A stretch of DNA of 64,000 nt from a virus. Position 1 is the stretch's first letter; every line of letters starts with the position of its first letter. Position numbers and translations under genes: made by a program. Under the pieces are notes generated by a model, which searched no databases, had not been told where the DNA came from, and was given only the letters and a program-made list of their open reading frames with translations. Of this stretch, positions 56,001 to 64,000 are shown piece after piece. Location of the stretch: IMG/VR virus record IMGVR_UViG_3300007541_000018, positions 3,076 through 67,075 of that record, one strand, 5' to 3'.

Positions 56001-57076
56001 GTTGGTAGAGTTCCTCGTTTAAATGAGAGCGGCATTAATGGGATAAGAGGTTCCACTGTAGTAGGCGTCGTTGGCTGTAAATTCACACCACCTAGAGGTG
56101 GGGGAGCAGGCGCTCCTTTTATATTTACACATCCTGTCAATGCTTGTATGTTTATGTCTCCGACTGGTGTAACTATATCTATACCTGTTGCCGCGTATAT
56201 TACGACCTTTCCAGCACTATTAAGACCTATTTCGGCCAGAGGATTTGGTACTCCTGGAGTTCCTGCTGTTAAAGTAATCCCTGGTCCTAGAGGTGATTGG
56301 AGTGGAAGCGTGGTTGGATCTGTACAGGATCTAATATCTATGCAGTTATTTTCACTATCTATCTTAATATCTCCTGTAAATGCTGCAAAGGGCGTAGTAA
56401 TCCTTAAAGGATTTGGGAACATAGCGTTATTTACAAGAGAAATCATACCACCCAATAATCCTGTATCAATAAGAGTAGACCCCATTCTAGTTCTTATTAC
56501 AGTGTTGGACTTGGCGTCCATCTGTATCTTATTTCCACCACTTTGAAAATTAAAAGGTCCAGTAAGTTTTATGCTGCTTTCTTTGCCTGGAGCCTCGATA
56601 TTGACCGCCTCTGCCTCTGGGTTATTTGTTATCATAACTGATCCAGAACCTCCGTGGCCTCGAAGCTCCGCTACCATCTTAGTAACGCTGTCTCCTATTT
56701 CTGTAGTTAACTCTAGGGCTGCTCCTTCAGCATTGGACATGCCTGTAGAGGTAAGACGATCTCCTTCAGTGGAGTAACTCTCTCGGTTACCATGAGGTCT
56801 TGTTTCAACAATAGTTGACATATAGTAAAGACGATTCTCATTCTCGGGTAGACATACTAATACCCTATCGCCTACCTCTATAGGAGCCGAAAACCCTGCA
56901 CCTTTGATAGTGGAGTTTTCAGGTCCATTGTTAGAATGAAAAGGAGATGTATATACTACAGGAACTGTAAACATCTTTTTTTCATTGCTATCGGTAGCTA
57001 TTTCTATGGAGCATTCAATAAGATTAGTTTTTTTATTATCTGTATTGTCTACTACTTGTGCTGTAAATATCTTCAT
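55997..57076 (-). CDS. Baseplate central spike (gp5 / gpV-like, OB-fold plus beta-helix, no lysozyme)
   Basis: AQVVDNTD...GFSAPIEVGDRVLV..P...LYY OB-fold, then short beta repeats ending VNLQP. Start moved to ATG 57076 (TAATG overlap). Confidence 0.7.
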   Translation of the reverse strand: MKIFTAQVVDNTDNKKTNLIECSIEIATDSNEKKMFTVPVVYTSPFHSNNGPENSTIKGAGFSAPIEVGDRVLVCLPENENRLYYMSTIVETRPHGNRESYSTEGDRLTSTGMSNAEGAALELTTEIGDSVTKMVAELRGHGGSGSVMITNNPEAEAVNIEAPGKESSIKLTGPFNFQSGGNKIQMDAKSNTVIRTRMGSTLIDTGLLGGMISLVNNAMFPNPLRITTPFAAFTGDIKIDSENNCIDIRSCTDPTTLPLQSPLGPGITLTAGTPGVPNPLAEIGLNSAGKVVIYAATGIDIVTPVGDINIQALTGCVNIKGAPAPPPLGGVNLQPTTPTTVEPLIPLMPLSFKRGTLPT

Positions 57077-59196
57077 TAAAACCCACCTATTCCTGGAAGA
57101 AAGTCTTGCCAACTAACACTCGGGGCTGACCATGTTGCATTATCAAACTGACCCGCCCATCCAGGATCTATTGAAGGTGGAGTAGGGTTGGAAGCTTCCT
57201 CGTTTGCCTGAGCGGCGTCTTCGTCTACTTTCTTTGTTATCATAGAGTCTAATCCAGTTTTTACTAAAGAAAATTCTGTGAACGCGCCCCCTTCGGTTGC
57301 TGAATGTTTAATTCCTAATATTACATAAACTCCTGAAATAAAGGATTGTGATAATCCGTTAGGAGCATATCCGTGCTGGCTGCTTTTAAGATTAAAAGAA
57401 TTTAGTACGACAGGAAATCCTCTTAAAGCCATGGAGGTATTGAACATAGGAGTTGTTCTTACTAATAATTTGTATCCACCCGTAGCTTGCATTTTTCTAA
57501 GATATCCTAAATATCCTGAAATCTCTGCTAAGTCAGGTACTGATAAACCTCTAGCTATATCATCATTATTTTCTAAATATTCCATAACATGTTCCAGTAT
57601 TCTTTGATCCGCAGGTGATTCAAATACAAAGCCTTTCCCTTCTAAGCTGGATTTAAGCTGCTGCACATTTGCAAACCTCCCTCTTATATTTCCTAATGCA
57701 GACTCAAGATTGTTCCTAATTTCAGATAACGATTTCGCTGGTTCTCCTGTAGCTCCTATAGCTGCTTGCCTTAAGAATATTCCATTGTCTATAAGAACCC
57801 CGTAATCAATCCCTGCATTATTTCTTCCACTGGTTATGTTTACGACATTTCCTTTTTCGACATTATGCCTAAGCTCTAATGCGTTTGAACTTTGATATGC
57901 TGCCCTAGCGTCCTCATAACTAAGTTGATTGAACTGAGCGGCTTGATGTGCATGAACAAGCCCCGCTATTTGTTGAACCAACTCAGAATTACTTCCACTG
58001 CCTAACCCTACAACACTTCCTGCCGCAAACCCGTCCAAGAAAGAATCGTCTGCAACTATAATGAACGCTACATCAGTAAGTCCTCCTGGAAAATTAATTG
58101 GTAAAAGAGATGTCACCTTTGAAGTTAGACTCGATTCTGAATAAACAGCGTAACCATATAAGTCGTCACTAACTCCAAACACACTTGCTAAATTTTGAAG
58201 AGCTTGTACTACCTCTTGGGGGCTTAATACAGGATCTGGTCCTACCACCATTTCATCTACGGTGTTCCTGACATTTCCAGAGCCCATTTTAAAGTACCTT
58301 AGAGTCATGTCTCCAGTGGGTATCATGTCCTGAAAATCTTCTACTTCGTAGTTGCAGTAGAAATCGGCTTCATTTAAAAGTTTTTCAAATCGGTCAGGGT
58401 CCTCTTTACTATTGTTAGCTTCTTTAGTTATTGCAGCACTTAACTTATCACTTAGTGCAACTATACCAGCACATCCTGTAGTCTGGCCTGCTTCAACTTC
58501 AGATGAATAAATACTTGTCATTCTTTTTGAAAGTATCAACTCTATTGCATCTATTATCGCGGCTGCGTAAAAAACTTTTTTACAATTCTTGGGACTGTAC
58601 TTATCTTTTTTTTCACACTCTTTTTTACCTATTGTTATCTTATCTTCTCTGAGAGAGTCTACAGACATATCTGATGATCTACCCCAAACATCACTTCTTC
58701 TAGATGCATAATCTACCCCAGTCATCACTCCTGGGACAACAAATTTAACTTCTATAAATTGATTTCTATCCGTATCATCTATTTTAGTGAATGCTCTTAT
58801 TTCACAAAGCAGCCAGTCAGACCAATGTTTACCATCGGTTAATTTTGCGTATAATGGCCCTCCGTATCTTTGAGTCGTATAATCGTAAGACTCGTAAGGA
58901 TCGGAGACTCCAGAATCAACATCACTACCTTTAGGTAATCCATGTTGCTCCTGCTCCTGAGAAGATGCCAAACATTCCATATACCTTTGAGAGAACGCTG
59001 CTATATCAAAAGCAGATATTCTTTTTATAAAGTCTCCGTCAGGATCAATCAATGTTACTGTAAGCTCGTAGTTATCTGAGTCATAAATATACGATATTAG
59101 ATTGCCAAATTCAGGGTGAACTAGGCAATCTACGGTACTGAAACTCTTGTTTCTAGATACCCATAGTTGTGGACTGTAAATGTTGTAATCACTCAT
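57076..59196 (-). CDS. Baseplate hub protein (gp27 / gpD-like)
   Basis: LTVTLIDP near the N-terminus and SGVYVILGIKHS....AFTEFSLVK near the C-terminus; lies between gp53-like and gp5-like genes. Confidence 0.6.
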   Translation of the reverse strand: MSDYNIYSPQLWVSRNKSFSTVDCLVHPEFGNLISYIYDSDNYELTVTLIDPDGDFIKRISAFDIAAFSQRYMECLASSQEQEQHGLPKGSDVDSGVSDPYESYDYTTQRYGGPLYAKLTDGKHWSDWLLCEIRAFTKIDDTDRNQFIEVKFVVPGVMTGVDYASRRSDVWGRSSDMSVDSLREDKITIGKKECEKKDKYSPKNCKKVFYAAAIIDAIELILSKRMTSIYSSEVEAGQTTGCAGIVALSDKLSAAITKEANNSKEDPDRFEKLLNEADFYCNYEVEDFQDMIPTGDMTLRYFKMGSGNVRNTVDEMVVGPDPVLSPQEVVQALQNLASVFGVSDDLYGYAVYSESSLTSKVTSLLPINFPGGLTDVAFIIVADDSFLDGFAAGSVVGLGSGSNSELVQQIAGLVHAHQAAQFNQLSYEDARAAYQSSNALELRHNVEKGNVVNITSGRNNAGIDYGVLIDNGIFLRQAAIGATGEPAKSLSEIRNNLESALGNIRGRFANVQQLKSSLEGKGFVFESPADQRILEHVMEYLENNDDIARGLSVPDLAEISGYLGYLRKMQATGGYKLLVRTTPMFNTSMALRGFPVVLNSFNLKSSQHGYAPNGLSQSFISGVYVILGIKHSATEGGAFTEFSLVKTGLDSMITKKVDEDAAQANEEASNPTPPSIDPGWAGQFDNATWSAPSVSWQDFLPGIGGF

Positions 59197-59476
59197 TTGG
59201 AACTCTTACAAATCTACCTGCTTGCATATCTTGGAAAGGATCCCATATGTTGTTAGTATGCATGAATACCCACCAAGCATAAGGAGTATCCGTAAACACA
59301 TAACTAACAAGATCAGGTCTTCCTTCATGCTGTAGTGGAAGCTGTCCTATTCTAAGTTTAACTTCATCTACAAGGACTAAAGAATCATCAAATGCTGTTC
59401 CAACATTGGTAGTAACATCGACTCCTTTATGCTTGATAGTTGTAACTCCTGTAGTATACCTGCTGCGTGCATTCAT
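59189..59476 (-). CDS. Baseplate wedge LysM-like protein (T4 gp53 / P2 gpX-like)
   Basis: GRPDLVSY.F.DTP..WWV....NNIWDPF....G..VRVP. Confidence 0.8.
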   Translation of the reverse strand: MNARSRYTTGVTTIKHKGVDVTTNVGTAFDDSLVLVDEVKLRIGQLPLQHEGRPDLVSYVFTDTPYAWWVFMHTNNIWDPFQDMQAGRFVRVPNE

Positions 59477-60360
59477 TTTTTATTCTCCGACCGTGGATTA
59501 CCCATTCTTACGCTGTTTGTTGATATAAAGGATATGCTGGAATCCCATCCAGCCTCAAAGTCCGCAGAGCCTCCCTCTCGTCCAACAGGATTAAAGGAAC
59601 CTTGCCCTTTAGGTGTTATTCTAACCTCTTTTAATTCCATAGTTACTTTTATAACATTTGGAAGAAGGGTTTTGGCATCGTAACCAGCATCCCCATCAAA
59701 ATCTATAGAATACCCATCACAGATACATGGAACATTTCCAATACCTATACCATGGTTTAACCTCACTATAGGGGGTCCATAATGAGGCTGCTTTTGGTGG
59801 GTTAAGGTGCTAGATCTAATCATACATAAATAGTTCACTACGGTTTTAACAGCATCTTTTCTTGGAGTCTCCGCAGTGGGAGGTATGGCTCCTCCTTCTA
59901 AAACTTTTTTTATTAGTTCTAGAATCTCCTGCTGGCTCAGGTAAGAAGAGTATCTTCTATCAAAATACTCAACAAGAGCCCCTACATCTTTTCCATTTCC
60001 AGGACTACCTCCTGTAAATCTTGTTCCGCTTCCTAAGTATGTGAAATATGATGCCTTAGCTTTAGCTTTAGATGCGAGTCTACCAAAGAAAGAGTCAGAA
60101 GGTTCTATGTAGCTATGCTCTAATATATGAGGTAAGGTCATATTAAACTGAACTCTAAAAGATCTAGATTCAGTTCCCATGTACACAAAGACACTGCTAT
60201 TTCTCCCTATAGGGGACTGTGTTGAGTATCTAGTTTTACCTCGTTCGCTAACCTTTATATTCTCCCAAAACTTCATAGACTGTTGGAAAGGAGTTCCGTC
60301 GTTACCGTAATACTTCCAAATCAAAAACGAATTCCTTTCTAGTTGCTGATCTATTTTCAT
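59473..60360 (-). CDS. Tail tube initiator (gp48/gp54-like)
   Basis: IGR.S.VFVY.GT.SRSF.VQF, YGPPIVRL.HG...VPCIC..YSI and LP..IKVTMELKE. Confidence 0.7.
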   Translation of the reverse strand: MKIDQQLERNSFLIWKYYGNDGTPFQQSMKFWENIKVSERGKTRYSTQSPIGRNSSVFVYMGTESRSFRVQFNMTLPHILEHSYIEPSDSFFGRLASKAKAKASYFTYLGSGTRFTGGSPGNGKDVGALVEYFDRRYSSYLSQQEILELIKKVLEGGAIPPTAETPRKDAVKTVVNYLCMIRSSTLTHQKQPHYGPPIVRLNHGIGIGNVPCICDGYSIDFDGDAGYDAKTLLPNVIKVTMELKEVRITPKGQGSFNPVGREGGSADFEAGWDSSISFISTNSVRMGNPRSENKK

Positions 60361-61886
60361 CGTCCTCTCCCCCTTCCTCTACGAAGCTGTTCTTCCGCAC
60401 TTAAATTTCCAAGTCTTCGTCCATTAGCAGCATTAATGTCATTGCCTTCTCTCATGTAAGTTACTAGCTCCGCAACACTCCCAATAAGCCTTTCATCTAC
60501 ATTATACCTGAAGGCATTTTCTAATCTAATCCTATTGTAGGCATTTGTAGCCTCTAATTCTGAAGCTCTTCTTTCTGCATCAGCAGCGGCTGCTCTGTCA
60601 TTAGCAGTCCTAGTATTATCTTCAACTCCCCTCAAAGAGTCCCACATCATAGATAAACTATTAGATAGTTCTTCAGTCCACGCGGATTGATAAGGTTGAT
60701 CTAAAGTAAGCAAACCAAAGTCTTGTAAAAGCTCTACCGTCTTATCAATCATTTTTGCAATCAAAAATCCAACACCCATGAACACTACACCCATAAATGT
60801 CAGTGTTTTCTCTACGCCAGTAAACAACAACTTAGTAACAGGTTCAAATACAGCTATCATATTCTTAAATCCAGCGATCATATTTGTTAGTCCTTCTTGC
60901 ATCCTCATCTGCCGCTCTGCTTTATCAGCAGCTATCATCTGAGCAGGTAGTTCTACCTGTTCTTTATAAACTTTAAGATTCTCAGTCATTCTGTCTATAT
61001 CACTGATAGTTACAGCTATCTTGTTCATAGACCCTGCGACGAACGCTTGAACTCTAGCTTGACCCCCTACATCAATTAAGCTTGCTCTAGCCTCAGGAGC
61101 GAATCGGGGGTCTGTGGAAATAGCCTCCATTCTTTGAACTATCTTTGCCCCTGCACCTTCTAGAACCGCAAGTGCCTGAGTAGCCCCCATATCGCCTATT
61201 TGACCAGATCTAACCATAGCCTGCTCATCCAATACACCCAGTGCGGCTGCTTGTCCTGCATCCATAGCGGCGAGCATGTTAATCATTTCGGCTGTCTGTT
61301 GACCGAAGGTTGCTCCAAATTTAGCAGTAAGTTCAGCTACTACTGCTTGAGTGGCTCCTGTATCTACGCCTAACGCTGTCTGTATCTCCATAGTGCTGGA
61401 AAGTTTTTCCATGCTTTCTATAAGGAGTTCTGTAGTTCTACCATATTTTCGAGAAGACTCGGTTACTGCTTTAACTAAATCTTCTGTCCCCGCTCGATTC
61501 ATGGTAGTATTGGTCTCTAAACCCTTAACCATCTTTAGAAGACCCATAGTGTTTTGCCCAGTTAAGGCCATCAACCCTGCGGTATTAACTAACTGTTTTC
61601 TTTGACCGTCAAGACCCATCATCTGAGTCTCAATAGCTATTTTAGTGGATCGCTCGACACCAGCCGTATTGCCTTGAATTACGGAGGCATTCTTACCCAT
61701 AAATTCTCGTAAGGACTGATTGGCTAGTGTAAGCCTCTGATCCATCTGCATGGAAGTCTTTAGCTGATTCACCATAGCACCCATGGTCTGATTCAGATCT
61801 TTTAAACTACCATTAGTAATGCCAGTGGCACTATTCATGTTTGTGATCTTATTGGTTAATCCAGCTATTGCGGTCTTTAGGCTCAT
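60357..61886 (-). CDS. Tape measure protein
   Basis: 509-aa helical, A/M/G-rich protein with a hydrophobic stretch (LTFMGVVFMGVGFLIA); lies immediately before the tube initiator. Confidence 0.65.
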   Translation of the reverse strand: MSLKTAIAGLTNKITNMNSATGITNGSLKDLNQTMGAMVNQLKTSMQMDQRLTLANQSLREFMGKNASVIQGNTAGVERSTKIAIETQMMGLDGQRKQLVNTAGLMALTGQNTMGLLKMVKGLETNTTMNRAGTEDLVKAVTESSRKYGRTTELLIESMEKLSSTMEIQTALGVDTGATQAVVAELTAKFGATFGQQTAEMINMLAAMDAGQAAALGVLDEQAMVRSGQIGDMGATQALAVLEGAGAKIVQRMEAISTDPRFAPEARASLIDVGGQARVQAFVAGSMNKIAVTISDIDRMTENLKVYKEQVELPAQMIAADKAERQMRMQEGLTNMIAGFKNMIAVFEPVTKLLFTGVEKTLTFMGVVFMGVGFLIAKMIDKTVELLQDFGLLTLDQPYQSAWTEELSNSLSMMWDSLRGVEDNTRTANDRAAAADAERRASELEATNAYNRIRLENAFRYNVDERLIGSVAELVTYMREGNDINAANGRRLGNLSAEEQLRRGRGRGR

Positions 61887-62404
61887 TGGTCTACCTCTTC
61901 CTCATCCGTAATTTCATTCTTTATATCTTCAATATTTTCTACTGAAATTTTAGATATTTTTCCTCGCTTACTGTCGTCAAATGTTCTATAGTTTTTATTA
62001 CTTAGTACAGCAGGACCGATAATCATCTTAAACGCCTGCTGTACCTGCTCTCTAGATACACCCTTCTCCTTCCCTTTGTATATACTTGAAAGAACGCTAA
62101 TAAGCGTTTCTGGCTGTAAGTGCTCTATCTTATAGGCAGATATAAGGGTGTTACCCCTGGTGGATGTAAATAGTGGGTCATTCCCAGATCTTCTGTTATT
62201 TACCAGTAGGACTGTATAGTTTTGAGTGACTACTATCTTTTTCTTGTTGGTGTAGGTATAATCAAAAGATATTAGATCTCCAGAGTCCAGATTGCTAGAA
62301 GACTTGTCAATGGACTTGATCAGAAGTTTAATGCGAGTTATTCCCCCGGAAACAGCGTCCGACAAAGTTTTTCCAATTTTTTCTAGACCTGACCGTTTTC
62401 TCAT
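61883..62404 (-). CDS. Possible DNA end-protector protein (T4 gp2-like)
   Basis: GDLISFDY...VLLV...YRTF pattern. Start moved to ATG 62404 (MRKRSG), 7 nt after TATAAATA. Confidence 0.45.
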   Translation of the reverse strand: MRKRSGLEKIGKTLSDAVSGGITRIKLLIKSIDKSSSNLDSGDLISFDYTYTNKKKIVVTQNYTVLLVNNRRSGNDPLFTSTRGNTLISAYKIEHLQPETLISVLSSIYKGKEKGVSREQVQQAFKMIIGPAVLSNKNYRTFDDSKRGKISKISVENIEDIKNEITDEEEVDQ

Positions 62405-62411
62405 GCTAGTA

Positions 62412-62444
62412 TATTTATAGTTAAGGTTATTTATTAAGTATTTA
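62412..62444 (-). promoter_or_regulatory. Late promoter cluster at the head of the structural block: exact T4 TATAAATA plus two further TAAATA
   Basis: Minus-strand TATAAATA at 62419-62412, and TAAATA at 62433-62428 and 62444-62439. Confidence 0.7.
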
Positions 62445-62482
62445 CCTTTACTACCTAAAGAATACAGTAATAAAGAATAGTA

Positions 62483-62764
62483 ATGAATAACCATAATAGT
62501 GATGAAATAGAGATCTTAGAGTTTATGGATCTATTACACTTCACATTCTCTAATGATTTTATTGAGAAGTGGCGACACAAGTTTTCTACCAATTTTGTAA
62601 TCAAGTTTCAGAATCGCCTATTTGAGGCGGTTAACGACAAGAAGCCTGTAAAGAAGACTAGCCTAACTCAGTATCTTATAAAGAAATGTAAGTACTCTGA
62701 GGAAGTAGTACAGGATTTCTATGACAGCATCGAGATAGGGATCTATTATCCACTAATACTCTGA
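62483..62764 (+). CDS. Hypothetical protein (93 aa)
   Basis: First ORF of the divergent plus-strand block; fills the gap before the exonuclease. Confidence 0.65.
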   Translation: MNNHNSDEIEILEFMDLLHFTFSNDFIEKWRHKFSTNFVIKFQNRLFEAVNDKKPVKKTSLTQYLIKKCKYSEEVVQDFYDSIEIGIYYPLIL

Positions 62765-62769
62765 CAGTC

Positions 62770-63546
62770 ATGTTTTGCAACAATATATCAAACTCTAAAC
62801 GAGAAACCTTTAGGCAGTGCAGATTGAAGTACAGGTATAATTATGTAGATAGATTTGAGGAAACTGACAAAGGTAACTCGGACGCCCTGCATTTTGGATC
62901 CTTTATTCATGAGATATTTGAGCATAACACCGATGCACAAAGCGTAGAGCAGCTACTCCAGTATGGGGAAAGCATAAGGGACAAGTATACCTTTCCTGAA
63001 TCCTACAACAAAAAAATAACTACCTGCTGTAAGAACTTTCTGAGGTTCAACGCTAGTCTCCCTAAGGAGTCGATTACTGAACATCATTTCTCAGAAGACC
63101 TTGGCAGCGACATAAAGCATGAGGGATTTATAGATAGAATCATAAAAACTCCTACCCAGGATGTTCTTGTAATAGATTATAAGACTAGTAAAAGAGAGAA
63201 GTCTAAGTTCGAGCTTTTTGGAGATCCCCAGGGAAAATCCTATGTATATGCTGCACATAGATTAACTGGAGCGCCTATACGGAAGATTACCTTCGCGCAC
63301 TACTACCCCCTTACGAACAATCTAGTGCCAGTCACCTATACAGAACAGGCCATAGCCCAGCACATAAAAAGTGTGGTCGAGGATGTCTGGAAGATAAGAA
63401 AGGCAAAGAAAGAAGACCTTACTCCTTCGGAGAATGAGTTCTGTAACTGGTGCGGTTATAAGAGTATTTGTCCAATATTTAATGATCCTGCTATCTGCAA
63501 AAAGAGGATAGACGAAGCAAAAGTTAGAAAACCCAGAGGGAAGTAG
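62770..63546 (+). CDS. Cas4/RecB-like PD-(D/E)XK exonuclease with Fe-S cysteines
   Basis: ISNSK..TFRQC..KY, FGSFIHE, GFIDRI, IDYKTSK, Q...Y and CNWCGYKSICP. Confidence 0.9.
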   Translation: MFCNNISNSKRETFRQCRLKYRYNYVDRFEETDKGNSDALHFGSFIHEIFEHNTDAQSVEQLLQYGESIRDKYTFPESYNKKITTCCKNFLRFNASLPKESITEHHFSEDLGSDIKHEGFIDRIIKTPTQDVLVIDYKTSKREKSKFELFGDPQGKSYVYAAHRLTGAPIRKITFAHYYPLTNNLVPVTYTEQAIAQHIKSVVEDVWKIRKAKKEDLTPSENEFCNWCGYKSICPIFNDPAICKKRIDEAKVRKPRGK

Positions 63547-63559
63547 CTACTATTCCAGT

Positions 63560-64000
63560 ATGATTAGAGAGTGGGTACAGGAGAACATCAAGGAAGGACG
63601 CTTACAGAGTGGTGGTCGTGAGTGGGTTTGTAACTCAGTCATTGACACCTCTGACTACAAGCGTCACATGTCCGTCAACCTTGAGACTGGCCTGTGGCAA
63701 TGCTTCAAGAGTGGTGAGACTGGTAATTTTTACCAACTTGTGTCCATCGTTCGTGGTGTACCCTACCACAGAGGAAAGCAGATATTTTATGGATACTGTA
63801 TAGAGAATGGTCAGATTCCTGAGGAGTCGTCCCTACAAATAATCACACCTGAGATTAAGAATCTAGATTATGAAGAGTTCAAGCAGATCGAGGAAAACAG
63901 CGCAGCAGATATTTATGTCCGTGGTAGGATGCTTAACCCTGCTCGGTTCTATTACGCTGACTCTGGGCGATACGCAGGCAGGCTCATTATCCCCTTTGAA
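63560..64000 (+). CDS. DNA primase (DnaG-type N-terminus), truncated by window end
   Basis: Not in the ORF track; hand-translated as MIREWVQENI...EWVCNS...RHMSVNLETGLWQCFKSGETGNFYQLV...AADIYVRGR...GRYAGRLIIPFE. TACTAT lies 6 nt upstream. Confidence 0.85.
   Translation, partial: MIREWVQENIKEGRLQSGGREWVCNSVIDTSDYKRHMSVNLETGLWQCFKSGETGNFYQLVSIVRGVPYHRGKQIFYGYCIENGQIPEESSLQIITPEIKNLDYEEFKQIEENSAADIYVRGRMLNPARFYYADSGRYAGRLIIPFE

Noticed and set aside
4261-61886. Extracellular contractile injection system / tailocin / T6SS
   Set aside because: Sheath, tube, baseplate and PAAR genes are accompanied by capsid, protease, scaffold, neck and replication genes, so this is a phage.
62405-62494. N-terminal extension of the gp2-like ORF to 62494 (similarly 11863, 57112, 1177)
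   Set aside because: The extensions run through promoter DNA or overlap the neighbouring gene; downstream ATGs fit promoter or coupling signals better.
62770-63546. Cas4-like gene as a sign of a CRISPR-Cas locus
   Set aside because: No repeat-spacer array or other cas genes are in the window; solo Cas4/RecB-like exonucleases next to primase are common in phages.
63609-63803. 64-aa plus-strand ORF from the track
   Set aside because: It is an alternative frame inside the primase gene starting at 63560.
1-64000. Stop-codon reassignment, diversity-generating retroelement, introns/inteins, tRNA genes
   Set aside because: Genes are full length under the standard code with all three stops used. 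I recognised no reverse transcriptase, TR/VR pair, splicing motifs or cloverleaf, and intergenic gaps are mostly too short. This was checked by eye only; tRNAscan-SE and a self-dotplot would confirm.

Overview
This 64 kb window is part of the genome of a large, divergent T4-like (myovirus) bacteriophage. It is almost entirely coding and uses the standard genetic code. About 60 kb (2025-62404, minus strand) is one virion-morphogenesis block. In transcription order it holds: gp2-like protein, tape measure, gp48/54-, gp53-, gp27- and gp5-like hub genes, a LamG protein, gp25, gp6, gp7-like wedge, three paralogous fibre-attachment proteins, two fibre/spike proteins, a very Cys-rich 1333-aa protein, a PAAR-like tip, prohead core genes, gp21, gp22, gp23, gp13, gp14, gp15, two giant carbohydrate-active-looking proteins (4392 and ~1533 aa), gp18 sheath and gp19 tube. 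Portal and terminase are not recognisable in the window. The edges carry non-T4-type DNA-metabolism genes: a family-4 UDG-like Fe-S domain running off the left end, an Hjc-type resolvase, a Cas4/RecB-like exonuclease and a DnaG-type primase running off the right end. A minimal gp55-like late sigma factor also sits at the left edge. The most unusual observations are the nested multi-enzyme giant proteins between g15 and g18, the Cys-rich virion protein, two ~20-bp bidirectional -10 cassettes that appear to drive divergent leaderless genes, a shared late-promoter motif, and a prohead protease with a cleavable basic/EF-hand-like extension. All assignments come from motif recognition by eye; no database search was run.
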